This document shows positions 25,657 to 40,077 of a stretch of DNA of 64,000 bases, piece after piece. Location: assembly GCF_001194135.2 (NCBI RefSeq), contig NC_068983.1, positions 30,669,253 to 30,733,252 of the forward strand, written 5' to 3'. The first letter of the stretch is position 1. The number at the start of each line of letters is the position of its first letter. A program made the position numbers and the translations under genes. This stretch comes from Octopus bimaculoides (Eukaryota). The notes under the pieces are model-generated. The model saw only the letters and a list, made by a program, of their open reading frames with translations. It did not search any database and had not been told where the DNA came from.

Positions 25657-25925
25657 TATATCATCATCATTCAATGTCCATTTTCCATGCTGGCATGGGT
25701 AGGACAGTTTGACCAGAGCTGGCAAGCTGGGGAGCTGCTCCAGGCTCCAATCTCATTTGGCATGGTTCTTATTGCTGGATGCGCTTCCTAACACCAACCA
25801 CTTTACAGAGTGTGCTGGGTGTTTTTAAGTGGCACTACATGAGCACTTGAATGTGGCACTGGCACGAGTGTTTTTTACATGGCACGAGTGCTTTTTACAT
25901 GGCACTCTTGCAGGCCAATCCTCTT
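25657..25925 (-). mobile_element. Older RTE-tail subfamily
   Basis: catcatcattcaatgtccattttccatgctggcatggg...gctggatg...ccaaccac. Related copies at 36771-37030 (-), 40790-41098 (+), 44065-44135 (-) and 62040-62130 (+). Confidence 0.7.
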
Positions 25926-26074
25926 CACCAGGGGGAGCTGCTTTAAAACTTCTGCTGTGAAGACCTGTACTCCATATTTTACAGATAAATTCCTCTATTT
26001 ACGTAATATCGCAGTCTCATTCATTCTTTTGTTGTCATATTATTACTATTAATAATATAATATAATATAATATA

Positions 26075-26128
<54 letters not shown>

Positions 26129-27133
26129 CATATATATATACATATGTGTGTGTGTCTAAGTGTTTCTGTTTGCTTCCACTACCACTTGAAAACTGGTGTT
26201 GGTTTGTTAACATCCCTGTAATTTAGCAGTTGAGCAAGATGAGACCAATAGAATAAGTAGCAGATTTAGAAAAACAAAAAAAAAATAAATAAATAAGGTA
26301 CTGGAGTCAATTTATCTGACAGAACCCTTTATGGCAATACTTCAGTATAAGCTGCATTGTAACCTTAAAACTAAAACAAGTGAAGTATGAAAGAAGAAAA
26401 TACTCATGTTTTCAGTTCTGTTTTCCTGTTTGTATCATCAAACTTATAATATCCACTATATATATTTAGCTACCATCTTAAACCAGTCACTTCCTCTAAG
26501 TGTGTGTGTGTGTGTGTTTGATATGATCCTATCAATATCAATTTGACCATATGAAATATGGTAACGTTCTTTCAATTATTAGTGGGGGGTTTTTGTTCCA
26601 TTTTTTTTTATCTGATAATCCTAGGTTTAAAGAAACAAGTAAGATAACATACTACCATTTCTGTTATCCTTACAAGCATAAGTAACAGCAACAACGAATA
26701 CACAACAATGACAATAAAAACATAGAAGTTACAAGATCTCCATGGGTGCAAATGTACCAAAGGAAACAAAAACCGAAATTACTGACCTCAACATTTCTGA
26801 AATCATTAATTCCTACCCTGAAATATGCACTTTCAATAAAATATCTACAGCCACATCTAAGAAATGAATTATGGTGACTTCTAAGTTACTGAACCATCTA
26901 AGAAACCAATTCCAAGTAGTATAGTAAAAAAAAAAAATGAAAGAATGAAAGAAGAATGATCAGACGCCACTATTTAACTGAAATAGATAAAGTAATAAAA
27001 ACTTGATGTACCCTGAACTAAAACATCACATAACTGCTGATATAAACCAAAATATCTCGGGGTTTATGAGGAGATGTGTTGAAATAGTTATTTGACCTAC
27101 TAGAAATAGTAGCTAAATATTATTCAAATAATA

Positions 27134-27546
27134 GGTGCAGGAGTGGCTGTGTGGTCAGTAGCTTGCTTACCAACCATATGGTTCCGAATTCATTCCCACT
27201 GCGTGGCATCTTGGGCAAGTGTCTTCTGCTATAGCCTCGGGCCGACCAAAGCCTTGTGAGTGAATTTGGTAGATGGAAACTGAAAGAAGACCATCGTATA
27301 TATGTATGTCTATATATATGTGTGTGTGTGTATATGTTTGTGCGTCTGTGTTTGTCCCCCCAACATCGCTTGACAACCGATGGTGGTGTGTTTACGTCCC
27401 TGTAACTTAGCGGTTCGGCAAAGGAGACCGATAGAATAAGTACTAGGCTTACAAAGAATAAGTCCTGGGGTCAATTTGCTCGACTAAAGGTGGTGCTCCA
27501 GCATGGCCACAATCAAATGACTGAAACAAGTAAAAGAGTAAAAGAG
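27134..27546 (+). mobile_element. Full-length SINE-A
   Basis: Complete head to tail. Confidence 0.9.
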
Positions 27547-28297
27547 TAATGCCCTAGTATTTAACAAGGAGAAAAAAAAGAAGACACATTGCATAAAGTA
27601 GTTCTAGTCTGCTGGGCGAGGGGTGGGTAAAGAAAGAAGCGGTCTGTGTTGGTCATGGCTGGAGCACTGTTATTCGTAGGTCTCTTTGATCAGGGTTGAC
27701 TTGGAGCTGAACAATGATGACAACAATAAACATCACCTCTGTCACCACTGCTGCCACCAACACCACCCTGCTGTTACTGCTGTCCCACTACCAACATCAT
27801 CATAAGTAGCATGACCACCATGACCACCACATTGAAAAAAAATAAAGCAAAAAGAGAAGAGGAATCCAACTTAAGGTCACAAAAGCTTTGTTAAAAAATG
27901 GTGTATACAGAATATACACCCACATAAACAGCACAAACTGTAGCTACATGCATCACATATGTTTAATATGATTTACCATAGCCTAACCACAACCTACATG
28001 TGTTGACATTATATAATGTAACTACATGTTTTACCATCAAATGATATGACCACAATATACACCACATGCTGTCATCAAATGATATAACCTTCCAACAAAC
28101 CTTGAGGTACCATTTAATGATATAACCATACCACATATCACACAGTGTGCTAGTATTGGTTATAAGTACCAGTGTTTAACTGGTACTTAATTTAATTGTC
28201 CCCCAAAAAATGAAAGGTAAAGATGACATCAGTGGACTCAGAACATGAAGAGGGACAAAGAGCTGCCAAGCATTTTTCTTGGCACAGTAATGATTCT

Positions 28298-28525
28298 TAT
28301 TTCTTTATTGTCCACAAGGGGCTAAACATCGAGGGGACAAACAAGGACAGACAAACAGATTAAGTCGATTATATCGACCCCAGTGAGTAACTGGTACTTA
28401 TTTAATCAACCCTGAAAGGATGAAAGACAAAGTCGACCTTGGTGGAATTTGAACTCAGAACGTAGCGGCAGACGAAATACCGCTAAGAATTTTGCCTGGC
28501 GTGCTAACGATTCTGCCAGCCCACC
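28298..28525 (-). mobile_element. Young SINE-B inserted in the head of an older SINE-B
   Basis: Exact 16-bp TSD gcacagtaatgattct at 28282-28297 and 28526-28541. Confidence 0.9.
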
Positions 28526-28829
28526 GCACAGTAATGATTCTGCCAGCTTTCTGTGCTAATATCGACTTTAAATTTTGGTACAAGGTCATCAATTTGAGGG
28601 AGGGGGTAAGTTAATTACATTGACTTCAATGCCCAACTGGTATTTATTTTAATCGGCCCCAAGAGGACGAAAGCAAAGGATGGCCTTGGCAGAATTCTAA
28701 GTCAGAACTTGAAAATGGATGAAAAGCTGCTAAGCGTTTTGCCTGGCACAGTAACAATTCTGCCAGCTTGCTGTGCTAATATTGGTTTTAAATTTTGACA
28801 CAAAGCCAACAATTTCAGGGTAGGGTTAA

Positions 28830-29049
28830 CCCTTTCATATTTAAGCCAGCCATATCCAATCCAAATATTCTACATATTTTATATTCAAACTGGCCATATC
28901 TAGCCTCTCACATCTAACCTACAATGCCATTCTAAAAATAAGCAATCACATCATTGAAACCTCAAAGCTAAGAGATAACGCATGATTAATTCAAAACAAT
29001 CTGAGTGAAAATGCATTACATTTGACAGAGTATTCTGAACCCTAAAGGT
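28830..29049. mobile_element. piggyBac-type MITE nested in SINE-B
   Basis: TTAA at 28826-28829 and 29050-29053; termini ccctttcata / ccctaaaggt. The empty site rebuilds SINE-B aatttcagggtagggTTAAgttgattacattga. A decayed second copy lies at 31197-31413. Confidence 0.8.
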
Positions 29050-30769
29050 TTAAGTTGATTACATTGATCCCCAGTGCTCAACTGGTACTTATTTTATTGA
29101 CCCCAAAAAGAGATGAAAGGCAAAGTCATCTCAGGCAGCATTTGAACTCAAACCATTAAGCATCATTTCCAGCACAGAAATGATTCTACCAGCTTGTTGC
29201 CTTATGCTGCACTAATATTAAATGGGATAATTCCACCAAACCACATGTTACCCTTAAATTATGTAACCACAACAGTATGATCAAGCAAATATCCACCTTC
29301 AAAGATTTCTGTATAGCTTTTGTCTTTTAGCAGTTTCAGTCATTGGCCTGTGGTCATGCTGGGGCAAAAAGGTGCACATTGGGATTAGACACTGTGGGAA
29401 AACCGCTGTAACTTTTTTATTTTTTCATTTTGCCGATTTTCGCTTTTGATAATGTGTTCTAAATATCACGGTCATGTGATTCCCCTTATAAATTTTTTTG
29501 ACCCCCCCTCCCCAATTTAGCTGAACAAATCAATTCCAGTACCTTTTTTATATTCTGTTGGTCTCTTCTACTGAACTGCTAAGTTACAGGAATGTAAACA
29601 AACAAATACTAGTTGTCAAGCAGTAATTGGAGACAAAAACAAAGATAACACATTCATAGATGCACACATACATACAGAAGGCTACCTTCAGTTTCCATCT
29701 GCCAAATCTACTCACAAGGCTTTATTTGGCTTGAGGCTATAGCATAAAAAACACTTGTTCAAGATACCATGCAGTAAGACTGAACCTGGATCTATGTAAA
29801 TGGGAGTGAACTTCTCAGCATGGAATTGTGCCTGCATCAATATAATTAACTATTGCAAAACCAGAGAGAAATAAAAACACACATGTTGTCCAACTTAATT
29901 AAGAAGTAGAAGAAGCTGGTGCAATAGGCAAAATTTCATCCACATTCAAATCTGAAGTTTCATTGTAAACTGATAAAACACACATATACACACCTGCGCG
30001 GGCACACACATACACGCGCACGGGCACACACACACACACACACACATGCTCACACACATAGCAAAATAAATTAAAAATCAATTTCTACTCTATATCAGGT
30101 TGTCACTTTGCTATCGATCACTGAAACCACAACCAGCTTCACCACCATGACCATCACCACCAAAAACCTCCACTTGTACATACATACATACATACAGGCA
30201 TACGTACGTACATACATACATACATACATACATACATACATACATACATACATACATGCATACATACATACATATATACATACATACAATGAGACAAGCA
30301 TACATACATGCACACACACACATATATATCTCACAAGAAGCTGAATGTCAAACAGGATTTAACTTTCTGAAACTGTTATTGTGAAGAATTATAGTTTGAT
30401 GAAAACAATCTCAGTGTAAAAGTGACACTGAGGATATTAAGGTTGACAGTTTGGACATTTACATCATCGACCTAGTTGCTCTCTCGTGAATAGGGAGTAT
30501 GGTGCTTTTGAAAATACAGAAAATCAGAAGGTCATTCTTCAATACAATGCTACACAATATCTTTAGCCTTTATTCTCTGTATTCTTCTTCTTCTTCTTCT
30601 CCTCATCTCACCCACATCTTTCCCACTCATTCTTTAATTTTTTTTAACAAATTAAATTTTAATCAATGTGAAAGACAAATCAATAACAACGTAGTAGCGT
30701 TGAGGATTAGTTGCTGTCATGACAACAGATGTTTCTCACTATCTTACATTCAGACTTGCTGTGGTTTGC

Positions 30770-33700
30770 TTTATAAACGATCGTGTATGTATATGTTATA
30801 TAATATAAATTGGTGTGTCTGTATATCTAATATAGGTACTTGTGTATCTATCTCTTTTATAAATAGTTTTGTATAATATAAATCGTTGTGTATGTGTATT
30901 TTCTAAAAAATGTTAGAGTATACATATTTTCTAAAAATGGCTGCGTGTCTTCTATAAATAGTTATGTATGTCTATCTTATATTAATGGTTGTGAATGTAT
31001 GCATTAGAAATATGATTGCATGTGTGAAGGTATCTCTGTTGGTTTCAACAATGAGTATTCAATTGTGCAATCAACTGAACTGCCTGTACACTGAATTAGC
31101 ATCTAAATGGTTGAACATTCCACAGACACATGTATTCTTACAGTAATTCTTAAGGTGGAATCAGTATGACACAATGTGATAAGACTGGATGTTTAACTCT
31201 TTGGTGCTAAATCCTGCCATATCTGGCCCAAATTGTCTACCTGGTTTATGTTCAAACTGGTCACATCCATTCTCTCACACCTAATCTGCAATATCATTCT
31301 AAAAATAATCAATGCATCAGGCTAATTTCAAAGATATGAGATCATGCAAAATATTCAAAACGGTGTGAATAAATAAACATTGCACTTGACTGAATAATTT
31401 GAACGCTGAAAAGTTGATAAAAAATGCAAGCCATCCATATAGTTTCTGTCTACCCAATTTCACTTCCAAAGCCTGGGTGAGCTCCTTCACAAGGCCATGG
31501 TAAAATACTCCTGTCCAGGATGCCAAATTGAACTTGAGATCTCAAGATTGTAAAGTAAACTTCTTAACCATTAAGCAATGATGCATCCATTTATGTATGT
31601 TCTCTTCTGTTTTTAATTATTCAAATTCTTCCTTTGTGGATGGAGCTGGTTTCTAACAAAGATACAAAGCTCCATCGTTGGAATGTAGATAACAAAGGCA
31701 ATGTCAGATTTTAAACTTGAGAAAAATTTTGCATATTTTTACTGTTCCACTTACAGATTGCATTTGTAATGTGTGAGTTAGTTTGTTGCTTTCTTTTTCT
31801 GAAAAACTTAGCTTATCCAGATTGTCACCAAGTGTACCAATTATTATTGGTATAAATATGAATTTAAAACCTGGATAGAGACGCTGGAAGTTTCAAAGCA
31901 GTTATCTATAGTTAAGTTCTTTCTCTTTGATTTTCAAAAAGATATTCACATCAGCAGAACAGCTGATCTGTATGGTTATCTCTATACTTGTTCTTGTCTG
32001 TCTGTCTGTCTGTCTGTCTGTATGTATGTATGCATGTATGTATGTGTGTATGTATGTACGTATGCATGTATGCATATATGTATGCATGCATGTGTGTATG
32101 CACGCATGTATGTACGTTTTGTCTTGTATGAATGGTTGTGTATGTATGTCTTTTATGGATGTGTGTATATATCTAATATTTATTCATTCATTCATCATTT
32201 AATTTTCATGCTTGGATAGTCAGACAGAATTTATTGAGGCAGATTTTCAGCACCTAGATGCCCTTGCTGTTGCCAACCTTTACCTGTTTCTAAGCAAAGT
32301 AATATTTCCCCATGGCCAAACATGTTTCCATGGAAGACTGGAAATGAACAACATTGCTTGTATAACAGTGAAGCTCATTTACAACCATCACATGATATCA
32401 AGACAAGAATACACACAAATACACACATCCATATTTATGTGTACATGACAGGTTTTTTCAGTTCCTGTCTACTAAATTCATTCACAAAGCCTTGGTTGGC
32501 CCAGAGCTATAGCAGAAGACATTTACCCAAGGTATCATGCTGTGAAACTGAACTTATGCTCCTTGACCACATAGCCATACCAGCATCTCATGTACTATAA
32601 ATGGCTATTCATGTTCTATGTAGTATAAATGCTTATGTATGTATGTCCTATGTACCATAAATAGTTATGTATGTATGAATATCCTATGTAGAATAAGCAG
32701 TTGGGTGTGTATGTCATATGTGCTATAAATGGTTGTGTATGCATCTGAGTGTTAGTTGTGCATGTGTCTTGGAGTGTAGTGGTCTTTGAATAGAGGTAGT
32801 ACTTTTGGTCTCTGGCAGCTATACATAGCAGGAATGGTCAGGTGGATAGGCATCATTGGTCCTCATTCAACTCCTAGTCTCTTACTCAATTGCTCCCAGC
32901 ACCCCACCCCATTTCCCCACTTCAGCTAGTGAGCTAAACTGAGTGGGTGATGTTAACACTGAACCAGTAGGTAAAAAAGTTTGGGCAAAGCTTCTCAAAG
33001 AGTCACTAGCCAGGGTGGATGAATGTGCCCAGGTCAATGGTTTAGTGTTCGGGACCAAGACGTGTCTCAGGCAAAGGCATACGGTTGTGGCTAAGAGCCT
33101 GAAGAGGAATGGGTGTTGCCAAGTTAACTTGGCCATGATACATTCATGCTGATGACTAGCAGACCAGAACCCACACCAAATTTGTCATTGCCTGGGTTAG
33201 CATCAAAGATTGGATAGGCCTCAGTTTTACTGACTCATAGAGGCAGCAGGGGACTGACAGAAGAGACAAAATCTGGTTGTGATTTCAATTAATGTCCCAG
33301 TGACCACATGGTCAAGGAATAGGACGGAATGTATGTCTTATGTACTACAAATGGTCCTGTATGTATTTCATATGTATTATAAATGGTTCTGTATGTGTGT
33401 CTCATGTATATAAATAGTTGTGTATGTTTGTCTCATGTACTATAAATAGTCGTGTGTGTAAGTCTCTGCACTATAAATAGTTGTCTAAGTCTCATGCACT
33501 ATAAATGTATGTCTTACTACAAATGCTTATGTATAAATGTATTGTAAAAGTAGTAGTAAATATACAAATGGATTTCCGTAAGTTATGACGATGAATATTC
33601 ATTTGTTTAACCTCCTGAACAACCTGAAAGAAGCCCGTTGTATATATGTATATATGTATGTGNNNNNNNNNNAAGCCCGTTGTATATATGTATATATGTA

Positions 33701-34345
33701 TGTGTGTTTGTGTGTCTGTGTTTGTCCCCCCACCATCGCTTGACAACCGATGCTGATGTGTCTACGTCCCCATAACTTAGCGGTTCAACAAAAAGAGACC
33801 AATAGAATAAGTACTAGGCTTACAAAGAATAAGTCCTGAGGTCGATTTGCTCGACTAAAGGTGGTGCCCCAGCATGGCCGCAGTCAAATGACTGAAACAA
33901 GTAAAAGAGTAAAGAGAGAGGGAGTAACCTGCTCATTGAATTAACATGCAAGAAGTTAGATATTTCACACTTAAATGTCGTTTCTTGGGTAAACCAATGT
34001 GACAAAGCTGGATATTTAAACTACAGGTATGATTCATCTACTGAGATTCCACACAGTTTCTATCTACACAATTTCACTCACAAGGTTCAGCTCAACTTAA
34101 GGATATGCTAAATGGCACTTACCCACAGCAAGATTGAACCTGAAACCTTGTGATCGCAAAACAAACTTCTTAACCATTTAGCTATGAAGCATCCATTTGT
34201 GTATGTCTTGCGTAAATATTGGATATGTATGTCTTGAATAATGGTGTATATGTATGCTTTCAACAAATGGTTGTATCTGTATGTCTTCAAAAAATTACTG
34301 TTATGTATGTCTTGAATAAATGGATGTGTGTGTCTGTATGCCTTC
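30770..34345. repeat. Fragmented degenerate ~25-32-bp minisatellite (tataaatggttgtgtatgtatgtcttatgtac-like), five patches
   Basis: Same-orientation patches at ~30770-31020, 32110-32160, 32595-32760, 33330-33540 and 34195-34345, separated by other repeats. Confidence 0.7.
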
Positions 34346-35744
34346 AGCAATTTCTCTCTTATAGTTTTAGTTTTTTACAACATCCTTTCCCTACCACAAC
34401 AGCTTCATTTTATTTTCTTTAGCATATATCGTGTGGTTTTTCACCATTACACAAATAGAAATATGGAACACATATGTTCACTCAAACAAATGCCACATAT
34501 ATGCACATACATGTACAAATGCCACACACATACAGACATACACAGATGCCAAAAAACACACACAGAGTCAATCATGTACACATGTACATATTTAAATGAA
34601 TTTAAAAGTTTGATGGGGGGGGGGGGAGAATTGAAGACTCAAATTCTGTTACAAAGGATAATGATTACAATAAAAAAAGAAATGGGGGAAAAAATAAAGA
34701 AAATGGAAAAAAAATCAGCCAGGGAATCCAATATCAGTCTTCCAGGAAATCTTGCAGCCATCAATGATTCCACGAGTCAATTTAGAATTATATATACTTA
34801 TGTCATTTGATTAATATTGCCATTATCAATTATCGAAAGATGAGGACCATTGTCATCAGAGAGGAAGAGAGAGAGGGGAAAGAAAGAAAGAAAGAAAGAA
34901 ATAAAGAGGAGGGGGGAGGAGGAGGAGGAGGAGAAGAAGAAGAAGAAGAAGAAGAGAAAACTTCATTTAATAGAATTTTGATCACAGAAAATGGAAAGTT
35001 TATTTAACATTAATGCTTGCTTTGTGTAAAATAATAATACAATAAAAAAAAACCAAACAAAAGCATATAACGATTTCTTATATTGGTATAAAACCAGACA
35101 CTTTTTTTTTTATTAGAAGAGGAATGGTCAAATTTTATTAAGCCCAGTAAATGACTGGTATTTCTTTTACCTCTTCTAAAAAAATGAAAGCAAAGGTTGA
35201 GCTTGGCAGGATTTGAACACAGAACATAAACTGTCAGAAGAAATAATCCAATGATTCCACCGATCTTGCACTATCTTATCCCTTTTGGTACCAACCAGGC
35301 TGAAACTACCACTGGCTCTGTAATACAAATGTGTTGTTTTCATAAGTTTTGAATTAAAATCTTCCACCAAACCTTAGTCATAATTTATGTTCCTAACACT
35401 AGCTTAATGATAACTAAGTTATTTTACTAAATTCTTTGTTACATTTAAAATTAATTGAAAGAAACACAGAGTATCTCAACAGAAATATGGTAACAAAAGG
35501 GTTAACAACAGCATCAACAACAACAACATTTCTTTCAAATTTTGGCACAAGGCCAGCAATCTTAGAGGGGAGGGATACGTCAATTACATTGACTCCTGTG
35601 CACAACTTGTACTTATTCTATTGACCCTGAAAGGGTAAGAGGTAATGTTGACCTTGGCAGTGTTAAACTCAGAGTGCAAAGAGCTGGAAGAAATGCTATT
35701 AAGAATTTTGTCCAGCATGCTAACAATTCTGCCTGCTTGCCACT

Positions 35745-35796
<52 letters not shown>

Positions 35797-38184
35797 TATA
35801 AAAGGTGGGCTACAGCAAATATTCTGCTCAATACCACAGANNNNNNNNNNAATAATAATAATAATAATAATGATATAAAAGGTGGGCTACAGCAAATATT
35901 CTGCTCAATACCACAGATTTGCTTGTCAGTTGTTTGACCATAACCATTTGAGCATGTCCTTTAGTGGTTGATGATATGTGCAGCTTTGATTATGAGCAGA
36001 AGTAGTGGGGGAGCATCATAGCCATGAGTTGAGAGGAATTCTTTGGGGTTTGAACAATTCACCTTTGGAAACATGATCGTTTCGTTCAACATCCTTAAAC
36101 AAGTCTTATTCAGGGACCATTTGAGAAGGATAGGCTACTCAACCTGAAGAAAAAAATTCTAACTGGACCCCACCTGCAAGGTCATGCACTGTTTATCTTG
36201 ATATGAGATCACCATGTTGCACACATATGGTTGTGATGCATGTGCCTGGTGTACCCTGATCAGATGGGTAGTCATGATGGGTATAATGGACTTCGTATAT
36301 TTTACCCCAGTGTCACTTTGATGGCATGCACTGCTCTCTCACTCAATAATAATAATAATAATGATTTCAAATTTTGGCACAAGGCCGGCAAGATTGCGGA
36401 AGGGATTAAGTTGATTACATTGACCTTAGAGATCAACTGGTGTTTATTTTATCAACCCAGAAAGGATAAAAGGCAAAGCTAACCTTGATGGAATTTGAAC
36501 TCAAAATGTAAAGATGAACAAAATGCCACAAAACATGCTAATGATTCTGCCAGCACGCTACCTAATGATAGTAATAATAACAATAGTTTATAATTTAAAT
36601 ACAAGGTCAACAACCTTGAGGTGATGGTTAAGTCTATTCTGTCAACCCCCATATATGACTGGTACTTTTGTTTTATCGACCCCAAATGGATGAAAGGCAA
36701 AGTTGACTTCAAAGGGTTTTGAGCTGAGAATGTATAGAACTGGATGAAATACCACAAGGCTTTTCTTCCAGCATCATCATCATTGTTTAATGTCTGCTTT
36801 CCATGCTGGCATGGGTTGGACAGTTTGGCTGCACCAGGCTCCAATCTGATCTGGTAAGGTTTCTACAGCTGGATGCCCCTCTTAACACCAACCACGCTGA
36901 AAGTGTGAGGAGTGCATTTTATGTGCCACCAGCACAGAGGCCAGTTCGGCAGCACTGGTATCGACCACACTTGAATGATGCCTTTTATGTGCCACCAGCA
37001 CGGGAGCCAGTCAGGCGGTACTGGCATTCTGTTTATCCAGTACCCTAACAATTGTTTTTAATTTAAGCACAAGAGAAGTAGTTTTGTGGAAAGGGAGTTA
37101 GTCAATGCTATCAATCACTGTATTTAATTGGTTTTTTACATCCAGAGGGATGAAAGGCAAAGTTGACCTCATCAGGGTTTTGAACTCGAAACATATAGAA
37201 CTAGAAGAATTCTGCAAAGCGCAAATCATATTTTTTATTTTTTCAATGCTCTATTGATTCTGCCAATCCACCACATTTCCCTATATAATAATAATTATAT
37301 ATGAAAAAAAAAAAAAGAAAAAGAATACAGATAATATAAATATAGAGATAATAACAATTGCAACAACAACAATGATTAGAATGCTGCTGTTGATGATGAT
37401 GATGATGGCGATGATTGTGTGGATGGTAGTAGTGGTGATGATGATGATGATGATGATGATGACGATGATAAAATAATGTTGATAATTTTCATTTATTTAT
37501 TTATTTAATTATTTTTTTCTCTTTGGTCTTATTGCTTCTTCCTGTATACAGTAATTATGAATATCTCTGGTAAATGTGGTGGTAGCAATGGTGAGTGTTT
37601 GTACAGTTGTGTAGCTGTGTGTGTGAGTGTGCAAGTGAAAGAGGAAGCTGAGAAGAAGGGGATGGAACTATGGTGAATGAAGCAAAGTAGAATAGGATTA
37701 CATACCATATTAACAATGTCACATTTTTTTTTCCTTTTTTATAATTTTTTTATTTTTATTTTTATATTTTTTTTCTGTTACATTATCATTCATCTAACCA
37801 CCCAACCCATAACCATCTTCTGTCCACCACTACCACCTTCTTCTGCATACTATTTCTATAAAGTACAAAATGTATTTAATTATTGGCTTAACCCCATCAT
37901 CCATGCCAGAATCTAATTGTTCAACCTGATAACTTTCATTTTTAATTTCCTGCTAGAAATGCTTCACTAGAATGTTCCGTTTGTCCATTCTACAAATCTT
38001 AACAGCGGGCGTTGGCATGGACTGTGCATCCAAGATGCACATTATGCAATTTGCCTTAGTCAATTTGGCAAAATACTAGCAAAAGATACCTGTATTTTTC
38101 TGTGGTATAGTTTAGCATAAACAATAGGTGCCATGGAGTAAATTGTATGGTCTCCTAGTTAAGACAATGTATTTGTATGAGAAA

Positions 38185-38810
38185 GGTGATGAGCTGGCAG
38201 AAACGTTAGCATGCCGGGCGAAATGCTTAGCAGTATTTCGTCTGCCGTTACGTTCTGAGTTCAAATTCCGCTGAGGTCGACTTTGCCTTTCATTCTTTCG
38301 GGGTCGATTAAATAAGTACCAGTTACACACCGGGTGTCGATGTAATCGACTTAATCCGTTTGTCTGTCCTTGTTTGTCCCCTCTGTGTATAGCCCCTTGT
38401 GGGCAATAAAGAAATAAGAAACATTAGCATGCCGGTCGAAATGCTTAGTGGTATTTCGTCTGCTGCTACGTTCTGAGTTCAAATTCCGCCGAGGTCGAAT
38501 TTGCCTTTCATTTTTTCGGGGTCAATTAAATAAGTACCAAGTCAATATAATTGACTTAATCAGTTTGTCTGCCCTTGTTTGTCCCCTCTATGTGTAGCAA
38601 AGAAATAAGAAACATTAGCACGTGGGGGCAAAATGCTTAGTGGTATTTCGTCTGTCTTTACATTCTGTGTTCAAATTCCGCTGAGGTTGACTTTGCCTTT
38701 CATTCTTTTTGGGTCAATAAATCAAATACCACCTACATACTGGAGTCGATCTAATCGACTGGCCCCCTCCCCCAAAATTTCAGGCCTTGTACCTAGAGTA
38801 GAAAAAATAT
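38185..38810 (+). mobile_element. Head-to-tail SINE-B trimer
   Basis: Three bodies, each starting at agaaac(g/a)ttagca(t/c)g (38199, 38417, 38608). Units 2 and 3 follow a tail aaagaaata directly. Confidence 0.88.
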
Positions 38811-39024
38811 ATTTGTATGAGAAATTGATAATGGAATCTTCAGGTGGATGCTCAATCTGCTAGAAATAATAGCTGATGAATATTTAAAAAGAAAGGAAAT
38901 ATTGAATAATGTGAGTTTTTGATACTAACTGGTACTCTGTTGGTTATGATGACAAGTGTTTCAGTTGATCCAACTGATGGAACAACTTACTCATGAAATT
39001 CTCTTGCAAGTGGCTTATCCTTAA

Positions 39025-39528
39025 CCCCTTATCCAGCAAAGACGAGTTAATTTGTCTTCACCCAATTTGTCTTTTTCAGAGTGCAATGAGTAAACTCATC
39101 CAAAAACGTCCACAGACAAGTTTATATGTCAATTTGTGGCATTTCTTGGTATTTTCTGTTTTGTTTTTTTTACAAATTATGCCCAGATGTTGCACTCAGA
39201 AAAATAAATATGTATAAAAAAGATTTTTGAGAAGACATGCTTAAAAAAAAGAGTAAAATAAATGTGGAATTCCCCTTTAGTTTCAATGATAAAGTTGTAA
39301 AAAAAAGCAATAAATAAAAAATATATAAAATAATATGGGAAGATGAGTTATCTTGTTTTTGCTGAAAATAGTATCTTCAAAATAAAATTTCAAGTAAAAT
39401 ATTGAAAATAGATAAAAACAAAAGTTATTTCCAGAATCAGAATTAAAAATTCTATAAAAAAAAAGAGTAATAAAAAAAAGTTTGAAAAATGAAATGTTTT
39501 CTCAAAAAAAAAGGCATTGGGGAAGGGG
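39025..39528. mobile_element. piggyBac-type MITE nested in a SINE-C tail
   Basis: TTAA at 39021-39024 and 39529-39532; termini ccccttatcc / tggggaagggg. The flanks rebuild the reverse complement of the SINE-C tail (...ccTTAAtgtagttctcagggagattcagc...). Confidence 0.8.
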
Positions 39529-39875
39529 TTAATGTAGTTCTCAGGGAGATTCAGCATGGCACAGAATGTGACAAGGCCGGCCCTTTGGTCTTGTCAAAAA
39601 CATGACAATCCCTCTAGGGCTGATGCCATGAAAATCTGCATCCAGTTCACTCTCTAAAGTAGTTGGTGTTATAAGAAGGCATTCATCTGTAAAAACCAAG
39701 CCCCAAACGAAACTTATGAGTGATATGTGGTCCCCTAGCCTATTTAGGAGAGCAGCAGCAGCAACACAACGAACCTATGTCAGCATGTAAAGCAGATGTA
39801 AAATGAGGATGAAGATGATGATGATGATGATGACAATGACAATAACAACTAACTGAACTTGAAAAGTGAGGTATA

Positions 39876-40037
39876 GGCGCAGGAGTGGCTGTGAAGTAAG
39901 TAGCTTGCTTACCAACCACATGGTTCTGGGTTCTGTCCCACTGCGTGTCATCTTGGGCAAGTGTCTTCTACTATAGCCTCGGGCCGACCAAAGGCTTGTG
40001 AGTGGATTTGGTAGAAGGAAACTGAAAGAAGTCCGCC

Positions 40038-40077
<40 letters not shown>

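Noticed and set aside
32790-33310. GC-richer block with 69- and 84-aa ORFs (similar blocks at 2575-2855, 13150-13600, 52860-53100)
   Set aside because: No recognisable motif or convincing splice sites; most likely old TE fragments. BLASTX/Dfam would settle it.
33625-33700. Direct repeat around a 10-N gap (also 35780-35915)
   Set aside because: Identical sequence on both sides of a minimal gap is a typical unmerged contig overlap, not a biological duplication.
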